64,000 nucleotides of DNA from Camelus ferus (lineage: Eukaryota). This document shows, piece after piece, positions 25,860-38,479 of this stretch; position 1 is the first letter of the stretch; every line of letters begins with the position of its first letter. A model generated the notes under the pieces. The model did not search any database. It had not been told where the DNA came from and saw nothing but the letters and a program-made list of their open reading frames with translations. Where the stretch lies: contig NC_045696.1 in the NCBI RefSeq assembly GCF_009834535.1, positions 77,440,001 to 77,504,000 on the forward strand, given 5' to 3'. Position numbers and translations under genes: made by a program.

Positions 25860-25980
25860 ATGATGGGGGATTTATTACAGTAATTATTTCACAATACATA
25901 TAAGTCTAACCATTATGTCATACACCTTAAACTTATACAGTGATTTATGTCAGTTGTATCTCAGTAAAACTGGAAAAAAA
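25860..25980 (+). mobile_element. Short L1MA/MB-type 3' terminus
   Basis: 'tacaccttaaacttatacagtg...tatctcagtaaaactggaaaaaaa'. Confidence 0.75.
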
Positions 25981-26451
25981 TTGTGGGAAAAGAATTATAC
26001 CAGTCCTCCTCTAAATCTTGATAGATACTAACCCACATGTTCTGTGCTGAGTTTATCTCAGAGGCCAGCCATAAACTCTGTCTGGATGACGATCCATTTG
26101 GTGAAATTACTTAAACCATTTGATCTACTTTTATTGTTGCTGTTTGTTTATAGAGATAGGTCTACAATGAATAACTAGCATCTAAGAAAAGTCAGGCAGC
26201 ACATTTCTTCTGGCTCAACTGTGACAAAATTCACCATTTCTTTTCCTTTTCTTTTTTTTTAATGAATTATAAGCTCTAAGAATCCCACTTAAACTGAAAG
26301 GTGAAAATTTCTGAAGGAAAATTAACTATTCAGGGCTTCCAATTAAAAATGCTATAGATCTTTTCAATGTCAGTGTTACAACATGCCCGGAAATCTGCTG
26401 TTCACCATGCTGTAAAGAAGTCCTGAAACTGACTTTATATTTTAATATGTA

Positions 26452-26680
26452 CTGTCAAGAGTGGTGACTGACCGGAGATTTTGCCCTACTTGCAAATTCA
26501 CAATTTAATGAGTACTGGCAGAAGACTTGAGACCCCTGGGTCAGATACAAAGCATGGCATTAGTCACAGCATAGCAGGAGCCAGAGTATCATTGTGAATT
26601 TCCTGGCACTGCAGTTCCCACTGGTGATATGATGAGAGCCAAGTGATACCAGCTCATCAGGCAGGTGGGGTATGGCACAC
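26452..26680. mobile_element. ERVL-type LTR fragment (subfamily uncertain)
   Basis: 'ggagattttgccctacttgcaa' and 'ggcagaagacttgagacccctgggtcagatacaaag'. Confidence 0.55.
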
Positions 26681-26742
26681 CTTTGTGAAGGGCTTTGGAT
26701 AACTGCAGAGATGTCACAGAGAGGCACTATGTATGCGTTTGA

Positions 26743-26929
26743 GCAGCAGTTCTTAGAGTGTGGCCCCTGACAAGCAGCTTTGGTGTCTTTTGGGAACTTG
26801 TTACAAATGCGAATTCACTAGCTTCAGTCCAGACTTAGAGAATCAGAAACTCTGGGGTTGGAGCCTAGCAATATGTGTTATAAAAAGCCTCCAAATGATT
26901 CAAATATGCAATAAAGATTGAGAATCATT
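26743..26929. mobile_element. MER5A
   Basis: 'gggaacttgttacaaatgcgaatt', 'gaatcagaaactctggggttggagcctagcaat', 'ttgagaatcatt'. Confidence 0.85.
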
Positions 26930-27289
26930 AAATTAGAGTAAAGGAAGAACACAAAAAGTCTGATTTACAAACTCATATAACAATGTTTCTGTTAATGTTT
27001 TATGAGGTATTGTCATTTCCTAGAACAACTATAGCTTGAGTATGTGTGCTTCATGTATTCATTTATTTATTCATTCATTCTTCATTTATATACTGTTAAA
27101 CTCTATTAATTGTGCACACCTCATGTACAAGATAACATTATATTTGCTTGAGAGGCAATAGAGAACAAAAGCAGTTAACTAGTATGAAATTCCACAGTAC
27201 TCAAATTCAAGATATCTCATCAAGTATCAAATAATTTTAACTTACACACAACAATAAATATTTAATAGCTTTTATTTTTTTAATTAAAA

Positions 27290-27786
27290 TTTTTTTATTG
27301 AAGTGTGGTTGATTTACAATGTTAGTGTCAGGTGTACAGCAAAGTGATTCAGTTATACATATACATACATACATATTTTTTCAGTTTCTTTATATATATA
27401 TTTTTTGAAGTACAATGTTGTATCAATTTCTGGTGTACAGCACAATGCTTCAGTCATATAGGAACATACGTATATTAATTTTCATATTCGTTTTCACCAT
27501 AAGTTACTACAAGAAATTGAATATAGTTCCCTGTGCTATGCAGTATAAACTTGTTGTTTATCTATTTTATATAAGTATCTGCAAATCACGAACTCCCAGT
27601 TTATCCCTTCCCATCTCCTTCCTTCCTGGTAGCCGTAAGTTTGTTTTCTATGTCTAGGAGTCTGTTTCTGTTTTTTAAATAAATTTGTCTTTAAAAAAAA
27701 ATTTTTTTTTTAGATTCCACGTATAAGTGATATCATATGGTATTTTTCTTTCTCTTTCTGGCTTACTTCACTTAGAATGACGTTCT
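27290..27786 (-). mobile_element. Two stacked L1 3' ends (about 27290-27390 and 27400-27786)
   Basis: Two consecutive antisense termini of the form 'ttttgaagt...tacaatgtt...ggtgtacagca'; the second closely resembles 24070-24470. Confidence 0.85.
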
Positions 27787-27799
27787 ACTATTTTTTAAC

Positions 27800-27940
27800 C
27801 CACCCTAAATGTACATTAAAATCACCTGGAACACTTTACTGGCATTTTACCTGAAGCCAGTTATATCAGGAACTAGGGGCTGTGCCTCTAAGTTCCCCAA
27901 GGTGACTCTAATGCAAGCCAAAGTGAAGAATCACTCACTG
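27800..27940. mobile_element. MER5-like hAT element
   Basis: 'cattaaaatcacctgg' and 'ccccaaggtgactctaatgcaagccaaag'. Confidence 0.6.
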
Positions 27941-28644
27941 ATACTATTTCATTTAAATGGCATAAAAGACCTTAATTACTGAATTTGATTATTGACATCC
28001 TCTGTAGTGTGACATTAACCAGTGTTTAGCCTTAGGTCACAATATTGTCATGTTGCTAAACATTAGTACCTATGCATCTCCATCTCACTCGATTTTTTTT
28101 CCGAAGAAAATCCACACGTACTCTACAAAAACAGACACCTTGAGGATTCAAAGAAATACTGTTTCTGACATCAAAACACTAGAAGTCACTCAATTAATAT
28201 TAAGTTCAAATATCTCTTTAGAATCTTTAATCTTAAAATCAAAATGCATCGTTTCTAAAGAGGAGGGTAGATAAGACTTTCACTGATATTTTCCAATTTT
28301 TATTTCCTTGTGTGATACTAGAAGATGAAATACAACGGTAAGAAAGAATGTGAAAATTGGATGAACTTAAAGTGGATTTGCATTGGAAAGGAAAATGAAA
28401 GCTATGATTTAAGTCCTAAAAAATTATCTTTAGATTATCTAAGAAATAATTATATTAAAACCATTTCAGAAACAGAAAGGATTTAAGGATATTGCTTACA
28501 CATGTAGTGATGAAGGGGCTATTCTGGAGGTAAGAACATGTTGATTTATTCCTAGTTCTGCCTCCTACTAGTTAGACAGATTTGGAAAATCTTGTGCAAG
28601 CTTCCTGATGTGAAAAATTCTATCAAGCATTCCTTATTTCAATA

Positions 28645-29300
28645 TCACTGATCTATTGTCACAGTAATACTATGTGGTAAACAACCATAAAACCTCAGTG
28701 GCATACAACAATAATTTATGAAGTTCATGAGTTTGAAGTTCAGAGATTTCGGGTCAGTGGATCTGTTCTCAAAGGGCTTGCTCACGTGTCTGAGAATCAG
28801 CAAAGGCGGGGGACTCAAGCCTCTTGTGGATCATCTGGCTATGGGCTAGGATGGCCAGGCTCTGCTCCAGACTCCTCTCACTTCCCTCTGGCAGGCTAGC
28901 TGAAGCATCTTCTCATGGTGAAGGCAGATGAGAAAAAAACCAGAGTACATGCCAGTGCTTTATAAGCCTCAAGTCACATGGAAGGTCACTACAAAGTTAT
29001 ATGATAGAGTTCATGGATACAGGGAAGGGGGAGGAATTGGGATTTTTTTTGTAATCTACCATAATCCACCCTCAAGCATATTCTCATCCCTTCCACATGT
29101 GCAATATATTCACCCATCCCCCAGACCTTCAGAAGTTTCTTTCCAACATGACATCAGACTTGAAATTCAGGATAAGGTGTATTTTGATCTAGAGGCTTGT
29201 GAATGAAGTATGAGAGAGACACAGCAATCAATCACTGGTAAAAAGTCATTCTGGAATTCTGCTGGGCAGATATTGCCAGGCTCTCCCATACTCAAAGTTG
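28645..29300 (-). mobile_element. MLT1H-like MaLR LTR (to about 29063) plus adjacent internal fragment
   Basis: 'aaacctcagtggcatacaacaata' and 'tctcatggtgaaggcaga'; LTR ends 'taatctaccata' and is followed by 'atccaccctc'. Confidence 0.7.
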
Positions 29301-30429
29301 CTACGCTGTTGGTTGCAGGAAGTCAGTGGAAAATGTGAGTAGATATTGGTTAGAGGTACACAAAATGTGCAGAAAATAAGAGATTGGGATGTCCCAAAAT
29401 AGTGTCTAGAGTAAATAGTCAGAATGCTCTTACTACAATGATTTTGCTATTAATTATATGATGTAAATATTAAATTATTATTTAATACCACATTTTTAGT
29501 AATACATTTTTTAATTTGCAGTAAACCCTTTCAGTAGCAATTCACTAAAAAAATTGAAACCACATATTTGGTTGAAAAAATAAGTATCAGCTTTTCCAAA
29601 TTTATGATGAATGTTTAATACAAACTAGACGCCAGAATTTTACATTTACCAGGCTGACGTCATGGTATCAGTGACTCTATTAAAGCCATAAAAGCAGAAG
29701 AAAATTTGTTTTTTGCTTAAAAAGTATTATTCTATACAAAATAATTTCTATTAAACATGATCAACTGCTTATAGCTTCAGAAAATGTATTTACATATTTC
29801 TCTATGAAGCATGATATTCATTTAGATTAAACAATTTGGAAATACATTTGATGATTTTCTCTTCCAAGCTTTCTTTTGCAACTAGAAAGTGAAGCAACAC
29901 TTGTTTACAATTTGGTTCTATTAGCAGAAAGAACTTCCATATAGTCAAATTATACCAATTTTATTTTTGTTAGTGTCATCAGATATTTTAGAAAGACCAT
30001 CGGTGAAATTAATTCTAAGAATAGCTTGATGTTTTTCATCAAATTAAAAAAAATCAAGATACAATTTCTGGAAATTAATTTTTCATATATAACTCCTGAC
30101 AATATTGTGAATAATACTGCAAATTTAAAATTCTCAATACTTAAAATATAATAATTTACCATTTAAAAAAAAAACAAATTTGCTGAATAAAAAGGTCCAC
30201 ATTGAAGCAAGTTAATTATTCTGAATAATTAAGAAACCAATTGAGTGAAAATGTACTTTGGATTGTGGTTTTAGCATAATACATTATTCTATCCATACAA
30301 GTGATAATGATATACTAATTAAATCAGAAACTGTAATTGTTAAAATTTATAAATATTTGTATATCATTATATATGTGTGTGCATAATTTTATACATATAT
30401 CTATTTACAGTTAAATATTGATATTTTAG

Positions 30430-31390
30430 ACATTAAGACAAATAAAAATGGAGTGAAGTTGCCATCAGGAGATTTGCGTTAAAGGATATACTCCAGAAGA
30501 CAAATTATCACAAATTAAAAGCAGGAACATATGATTAAAACTGAAGAGCAAGAAAAAGTTAAAATATATATGTAGATTTAAATAAATAACAAATACTTAA
30601 AATAATAGTAATGATGTTTTTGGTTTTCAAAATATATATATATGTGTATGTATATATTACATGTTAACATTAGCATAAAGGGGACTGGTAGTAATTGAAA
30701 GTATTCAAAAGTCTTAGTATTGTCTGGAAAATGGTACAAGTACAATTTTATTAGTCTTAGTAAGTTTGTATAACATTTTATATTATCTTAGGTTTTCACT
30801 ATAATAAGAGTAAAATATTGTTTCACTAAGAAGATAATAAAATAGAAAGCACAAAACGTCATAGTAATACTTAATTCAAGAGAAAAATAAAAGAGTCATA
30901 AAGTAAACTTGAATATTTGGGACAAACAGAAGATCAGTAGCCAATTTGTAGAGTTAAACCCAAACATATCAGTAATTACATTAAATATAAACATATTAAA
31001 TATTCCAAGTGAAAGACAAAGATTATGTGGCTGAATACAAAAACAAAACCACCTATATGCTGCTTAAAAAAAGGTCTTAAATACTAAGGAAACACGAAGA
31101 TTGAAAATAGATATATACCAGCCAACACTAACAGAAATAACTGGTTTAGCTACAGCAGTATCAGGTACAGTATGCTATATAGTAGAAATTATTACTAGAG
31201 ACAAAGAGGAAATTTTATAGTAACAAAATGATCAATCCACCAAGAACATTTAACAATTCTATATTTATGTGAAATAACATTATAGTTTCAAAATATATAA
31301 TGCAAAAATTAAAAGAACCAAGAGGAAAACTAAATAGACAAATTGAAGAGTTTCAACAGTCATCTCTCAGTGAATGTAAATATAGGGAAA
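30430..31390 (+). mobile_element. Old L1ME-type fragment covering the ORF2 endonuclease start
   Basis: 'atatcagtaattacattaaatataaac...aaagacaaagattatg' and 'caatccaccaagaacatttaacaattct'. Confidence 0.75.
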
Positions 31391-31479
31391 AAATAAAACA
31401 ATGCTTTATATATAGACCTACTATGTATTTTCCATTTTAGAACTTGCTTTACTTTTAGGTTTAGCATTTATTTATGATC

Positions 31480-32070
31480 AATTCACCAAAATTTATTTAA
31501 GTAAGTACAGTGAGCCAGACTAAGAGGAGGAAATACAAGAGTCTTTTTCCTTAAGTAACTCACAAAAGAATAGGTAGATATAATATGAATAGTTTACTAA
31601 GTTACAGAATAACGGAGTTTATAGTTACAATGGAGGCGTGGGAACGGAGATGTAGGATTCAGAAAATGTACTTAACTTTATCTTGAGATGTGAAGAACGA
31701 TTTCAGAAGATGACTGAACAGAGCTCAGAAAGAGCAGTAAAGCCCTTTAAGAACAGAAACTGTCTCATTCTTTCTATATTATCAGTGTCTAGCACATCTT
31801 AGAACAGCTTTTCGTCTTAAAAACAGGATAAAGAATATTTTAGGCAGATACACATCGCCGTGATAGAGCAGGGGAGCTTTAGGACCTGCTGGTTCTGTGC
31901 AGGGTTTATGAGGCCTGTAAAGAAATAGGCAGGAAAGGTAAGTTGGAAACCAGGTGTGGAAGGAATTCAGATAATCGAGACCTCTCTAAGGTCTGAGGTT
32001 TGTCCTGAAAGTAACAAAAGGCAACAAAACATTCACGTATCTGTTTTTGAAAAATATATTTTATAGTTCA
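31480..32070 (-). mobile_element. Degenerate L2 fragments
   Basis: 'ggaaaggtaagttggaaaccagg' and 'gaggtttgtcctgaaagtaac'. Confidence 0.45.
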
Positions 32071-32879
32071 AGGGTGAAAAAAAAAAGATGGTCCACTTAT
32101 CTATCAAGTACTATCCAAGTAGAACTTGTGGAAATATTGAGTATTGATTTTTAAAGCTTAAGAAGATGTTTTAATTAGCATGTTTAAAATTTTCTCTGAT
32201 TTAGAAAAACTGGTATTTTAATTATTTAAATGATATGAAACATTTCTAGGTATCACTTGGAAGCCAATTTTTTTAACTGAAATAATTTTTTTGTTGTAGT
32301 TATTTAAAAACAAATATATGAAACATGGTTTGATTTGGAACTTGCACACACTAGTCCCAAATTAAATGTGGATTCAAAAAAGAAAACTGACACAGAACAG
32401 ATGTTATCCTAAAATAATATTTTAGAAGAACACTATCCCTTGATTTTACTTTTACTAGTATATACTTTCTGGTAAATAATATGAGTTTTAATTAAATGAT
32501 TGACTTTCGTCCAAATAATGAATTAGATCTGTTTTAATATATATAACTGCAACTATAATTAAAATATGAGTCCATCTAGGCGGAGTTAAATAAAAGTCAT
32601 GTGTGCCATAAACAGAAAAGCATGGAAAACCCTCAACCAATGAAGAGGAGATAGGCTTTTATTAAATTTAATACATGAATGTTTTTTGAAGAAAGATTTT
32701 AAAGGAAATATTTTAAACTATTCTATATTAGAACAATGTATCCCATATCACTACCTGGATTATAATTGACAAAGTCACAATGTAATGACAAATTTTGACA
32801 GTTAATGTAGTTTATTGGAAATTTTCAAGCATTTGCAAAGGTCTATAAAGTTATTAGAGTTAAACATATTTACACATAT

Positions 32880-33391
32880 TATGGGGTTCAAGGCATGCTA
32901 CCCCCAACCACGGCAACTTCCCATATTGAGTGTAAGTTGAAGGAGTTTGAGAGAAGGGCAGAAGCAGGAAGGTCATTTAGACCTTTTCCTCATCCAACCC
33001 TTTTCCGCTGAAGGAGGTCATAAAATCCTCCTGTGAGATGTGCCCTCCTTATATTACACCGAGAGGAAAAGAGCATCCTTATCTCTAAAGACAAAGCGAC
33101 ACCAGGAAGGATCCTAACAAACAGCCCTAAGCTACCCCCAGTCTACCACGCTTACCCTATCCTCCTTAACTTGCTGTATTTTCACGACTGCCCACTCTTC
33201 ATTAAACCTAGCATAAAAATACACAGGTCTGTTTCTTTGGGTCTTATTTCCTTAGGAAGTCTCCCATGTCACATAAAACTTAAGTTAAATAAATTTGTGT
33301 GCTTTTCTCCTGTTAATTTGTCTTTGTCAGTTTAGTTTTTAGACTCAGCCAGGGACACTGAAAGGGTCTGGGAAAAACTCCCTGCCCTGCA
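32880..33391 (+). mobile_element. MER34-like ERV1 solo LTR
   Basis: 'catgctacccccaa', 'gcagaagcaggaaggtca', polyA signal in 'gtcacataaaacttaagttaaataaatttg', ends 'ccctgca'. Confidence 0.8.
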
Positions 33392-36300
33392 CACAAAGAA
33401 ACGTGTAATGGGGAAGAAGAGAAGAAAAGGTACCAAAAAAGAATATCAAAATTAACCAAATGGTTTTGAAAGTAATATTGCATTTAATTATCTGTTCATA
33501 AATTATGAGTGCATCTTATAAATGTACTTCTTATGATAGGATATTTAATTACCTGACAAACTGTAATAGCTAGTTCGCATCAATAATCAAGCCAATAATC
33601 TGCAATTTTTAAATTCCCTAAATACACATTTACATGATACACTGTAACAGCTCCAAGACTTTTTGGTCTATTGGACCATTGACCTGAAATTTACAAAGTC
33701 GTTAAATATGTATTTGCATGATAGGCTGGAAAAGCTTTAGCACCAAGTCAATGATCTGTTTCTTCAAAATGTGTAAGAGCATATTTACATGAAAGATCAT
33801 GTTTTTCTTTCTTTCTTTTTTCTTAAACAACTCTCAGTGTGTATTTCCTTTAGAGTAGAAGGGTTATGTCCTAATTTGTCCGTTTATGTGAAACAAAGAT
33901 TGACACAGCAAGTTTTAATGGGCCCAGTGGAGCTATCATGATGTATCATTTGGGTACATCATTTGTGTCCCATAGCATACTACACCTTCACCCACATTTT
34001 AAAAATAACAGCAAATCAGTATTCACAGAACTATTTAAACATTTATATATATATCCCTGCCCATGTCCATCAAATTATGTGTTGCTCAGAAATCCTTTTT
34101 GAGACATTATTTGTATCTTTCTTGATCTACTATTTAATTATGACTTACGTTACAAATATTTCTTTGTCACCATTGGACTGTTTCTTTAACCCAACATCTG
34201 TCTTACTTATCTGCCAGGCCCCATCTTCCCACACTAAGTGCTAAATAATTATTTGCTATATGTTTTGTTATGTTAAAATGTTTTCAATAATTATCAATTG
34301 TCCCCATAATATCAATTTAATTTTTGTATTAAATTATTCAAAATACCATATCTGACACTTTGTAATAGAAAATGTAGAACTACTTAAATTTTTTATTGCA
34401 GGTACTAATAGGTATGGAGAGAGAAATTATAATGGTTTTACTTTCTTTTATTTTTAAATGAGAATGTTAAAAGTAGTTGGACTGGATTAAGAACTCGAAT
34501 TATTCCTTACTTCACTTGGAATTTTGGTGACTCCATTTTCCCTGTCCTCTAAAAAACTTTAGAAAAGGACCAAAGGGTAAAAATATGACATAACACAGTG
34601 TATTTTGTTGGCTGAATTATTTTGTTTCAATCATAATTCACCAGAAAGTCTTTTTTGTTTGTTTGTTATTAGTATCTCTTGACGATTTTGGGAATGTATG
34701 TAAGCACTTCTCTTTATTGCGTTGTTAGTTGGATGCATAGTAAGATATGAAATAAAGATAAGTGAGGCCAAAAATAAATTTCTTAACATTTTTTATTAAA
34801 AATGTTTATTTGTGTTTGAATACCTATAATCACTATACTGTATATATAGGAAATTTAATTTATACTATTTTATACTGAAATTTTGCTCCTCTTATATTAT
34901 CCAATAACAACTAATACACTAAAATAATGGAAATATTTTGACATTCAGACATTTAATGCAGAAACTGATCCAGGTCAATTGAAGATTTTTATGTTTTTTT
35001 TTTCTGGGTTATAAGCAATTTAACATCTGTCACAATTAGGAAGGCTTAGAAATCAAATGTGTAAGCCAGTTTTTAACAGTGCTTTAAAAATAAAAGTGAT
35101 TTTTAGAATATATAAATAAGTTTAATTAGGCCTCTGAATTTCTAGAGGCAGAACTGCTGATCTTTTGAACCCTCTGTTGATAAGCATCTTGAAGCAGGTC
35201 AAAATTTGCCACATAATTATTTGGCAGTATTCCAGTACATGCATTTTGGCAAAGTGCAATATTGACTTTTATTTCTCCTCCTCTGGGTGGTAATAGAACT
35301 TGTAACATTTGAAAATGTGTTACGTTTCTGTCAGTCAGGACCTTCCTGTCTCCTATTTTATTTAAACTCTACTAAGGAAAGTAAATTTGGCTGTTCTGTT
35401 TCCCATTGCAAAAATACTTCTGAGCATCACAGTTACACCGTTTCTTTTTCCGTTCTTACTGCATAGTTCCATTTCCGTTTTTCCGTATCTTACTTTCCTG
35501 TTCTAGTAATCATGCCAGAAAACAGTACTGGAAATAGAAGACTGTAAATTCATCCAAATTATAATCTTAAAAACTAAAATTGCATTTCCATCAATTCTCT
35601 TTCCTGGTGAATTTTATGGAGGGTGGATTCAATCTGTGGCAGGTCTAACCTCAGGTCTGCCCAACGTGAGTGGTTTGTCTCCTGTACATAAGCAATTCAC
35701 AAAGCCTTGAGTGTATTCAGCATAAAAGTAGACCATTACCTCAAGCCAGAAAGGGATTTTTTAAAAGTACTTTGCTATCTGCTGAGAAAGGAATTCTAAG
35801 ACTTTAAATCTTGCATTATTTATGTACTACACAGCCCATGAAGAAAATGATCTGCCATAGTATTAAGGATGAGATAATAAATTCTTTAGCTTTAAGGTAA
35901 CAAAATAAAAAGGCAATGACCTTTAGCTAATAATCTCTTGCAAGAAAGGTCAGTAACTGCCAGGGAAAAAGAAAGGCAAGTTTGAAGTCTGTTACCGAGT
36001 AAGAAAATCAAGCTTTGAAAAGGTTTTGTTTTATTTCGTCAAATAGAAAATGGGTCTGAAGTTACATTATTAGTAAAGCATTTAGGGTGCACATTTAAGT
36101 GATCCAGTATAAGAATTCAGATAATAAACTATAATATTGGATATTTTAAAAAAATAGAAGTAAAAAAAGTTAATAAATTACAGGATAAAAAGGAAAGAAC
36201 CTTAAAAATCATCTAAAGCCATCTGATTTTTAAGAATAGAAAAAAATACCACAGACCAAGATTAAGTAACAGTTTAGGAATTTATGAACCTACATTAAGA

Positions 36301-36999
36301 AGCAGTCTCATGTTTAATTAGATTTCTTCCACATCAATAGAATTTCCATTTCTAAAACATTTGGTATATAACTATAAATATCAGATCCAAAATTATTTTT
36401 AAGTTTTGAACAGTTGAAGCCACTTTGAATTTTTTGATGGTTTAAAGGAATATGTTCTTAATTAAAAAAACAAAACAAAACTTTTATACGGTCATTTGAA
36501 TGTTAAGCTATACCACATGGGCTCTGATGTGACCAGAAAGAAGAAACAAACTTAAACATCAGAGTTTCAAATAGATGTGTAATCTACCATTTTGAAACTT
36601 CTATCTTTTCTATATCTTATGTTCTTCAGTAATTCTAAAACATGGACTTATTCCATAAGTTCCCAACTAAATTCAATGCCAGAACAGACATATTGTTTTC
36701 TTACACCAAAACCAAGAAATACATTAACTCTAAGTATTACCCCTTTTTATGGCATGTGCCATGATAGTCTGTACTGAGTTTATTGTTCATCTGCACGCAA
36801 AAACTCTTTTTGGATGCCTGGTATTATTTATTTCCCTGTGTCTTTCAAGTATTTGTAGATTTCTTTATTGTGAATGTTGCTGTTGATAATGTGTTTAATT
36901 TGTGGGCTTACCTTGTAACTTTAATGTATTACTAATTACTATCTCACCCTTTTGATTAAAATACCTTCTTTCCCTAATTCCATTTCTAGAGGTTATTAC

Positions 37000-37990
37000 T
37001 AGCACAAAAGGAATATATATATATTTTAATATTAATTAATCCACATTGCAGTATTCTGTTATTTTTATGTTAGCGGTTGGGGGTTTCTATTTGCAAAAAT
37101 CATGCTTAAAAATTACATTTCTATATATATATGTGAGATAATTTTGTGATACTCTTTTCTAGCCTCATAAAATTAAAATTAATTTGAGTTCCATTTTTCT
37201 ACTGTTAAATTTGGTTTAAATAGTATTTGAAAGTCTACAACTCCATTAAATATGAGATAGAATTCAGCTGTGAAACTGTCAGGCGCCCATGCCTCCTTTA
37301 ATCATCGCCTCATTCTTTAAAGTGTTTTCAAGTTTTTTACATCTTCTTTTTTATTTTAGTAATTTAACTTTAGCTAGAAAACCAGCTGTTTTAAGTTTTC
37401 AAATTTGTGTCTATAGTGTTAAGCCTAGTATTTCCCCTGTAGTTTATGGCATGTCTCCATTTGTATACCTACTCTGTATTGTTTCTCTCCTCTGTCTTTT
37501 TCCTTGAGATCATTTGCAATTTATCCATTTTCTTTATCTTTTAAAAAAACTCTGTTAACCAAAATTTGGTTTGGTATGGTTTGTTCCTTCCTACATTATT
37601 AACTTCAGCTATGTGTTTATTTAACTTTTTCTTCCTTTTCTTTTTGGTTCATTAAAAAAATTAAGTGGAATAATTCTTTTATTTTTAGTCACACTAGTTA
37701 CTAATGAAAACGCTTACATGATACATTTTTCCTATGAGTACAGATTTTGCTGTGACCCACAGTGATGGTATGACATACGGCAATTTTTATTGCTTTCAAA
37801 AGGATTATAATCTTTTAAAATTTCTATTTTGATCCAGATTATATGTGATGAATGCTTTTTTAATTCTCAGTGACTCAAAAATTGTATTTCATTGTACTTG
37901 ACTATCACCAGAAAATAAAGCCTATATAGCGGTCAATTTTTTTTCTTGAGAAAGTTGTATCTTTTTTGTCCAGATAATGATTGACTTATA
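37000..37990 (-). mobile_element. Very old L1M ORF2 fragment
   Basis: T-rich; 'gaattcagctgtgaaactgtcagg' and 'ttttcctatgagtacagattttgctgtgacccaca'. Confidence 0.6.
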
Positions 37991-38049
37991 CTTCGTCAGA
38001 CTTTCACTGACGTATAATATACATGTAAGAAAATGCACAAATATATGTG

Positions 38050-38474
38050 TGTGGTCAGGCCATTCAAGATGGCCCTCCGCTTGCTCTCTCCACATCTCCT
38101 GCTCTACCAGGCCCTGCTGCACTCACATGACTATCCAATCCTGTTAATTATAGGGCTTAATCACTAACTGCCAGCGTGCTTGCCCCCTGCCCCAGCTGCT
38201 GGTTTCCCTGGAAACCGACGAGCCAACCTGACGTCAGTTCCCCCTATAAATACAGTCTCCTCCCCTGAGTAGCAGAGATTGCCGCCTTGTCTTCCACTTG
38301 GCTGCGCTTGGTGAGTGTGTCACTCCAGGCCCCTCGGTGTGAGAGCCCCCCACACCCACAAACCAGTGATGGCTTTGTCACTGTTTCTGTGCTCTTTCCT
38401 CGGTGTTGACTCTGGGCAACTTCAAGGCTCGCAGGCCTGCAGAGCGCCCAACCAGACGGCGCCAGGAGCGGAGA
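38050..38474 (+). mobile_element. GC/CpG-rich LTR (probably ERVL class) with a degenerate tRNA-Leu-like primer-binding site
   Basis: TG start and CA end near 38454, then 'cggcgccaggagcggag'; interrupts an antisense L1ME 3'UTR. Confidence 0.7.
38065..38252 (+). promoter_or_regulatory. Promoter motif cluster in the LTR U3 (YY1, CCAAT, CRE, TATA)
   Basis: CAAGATGGC 38065-38073, CCAAT 38135-38139, TGACGTCA 38229-38236, TATAAATA 38245-38252; activity not shown. Confidence 0.5.
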
Positions 38475-38479
38475 ACAAA

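Larger units (their letters stand above)
19450..25860 (+). mobile_element. Large L1MC1-like element (5'UTR, decayed ORF1, 3' half of ORF2, 3'UTR) interrupted by two younger L1s
   Basis: ORF1-like text at 20700-21650; ORF2 text at 22080-23900 ('gcaaagatgtcccctctcaccactt'); L1MC1-type 3'UTR at 25545-25860 ('cccatagaatgtacaacaccaagagtaaaccctaatg'). Confidence 0.88.
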
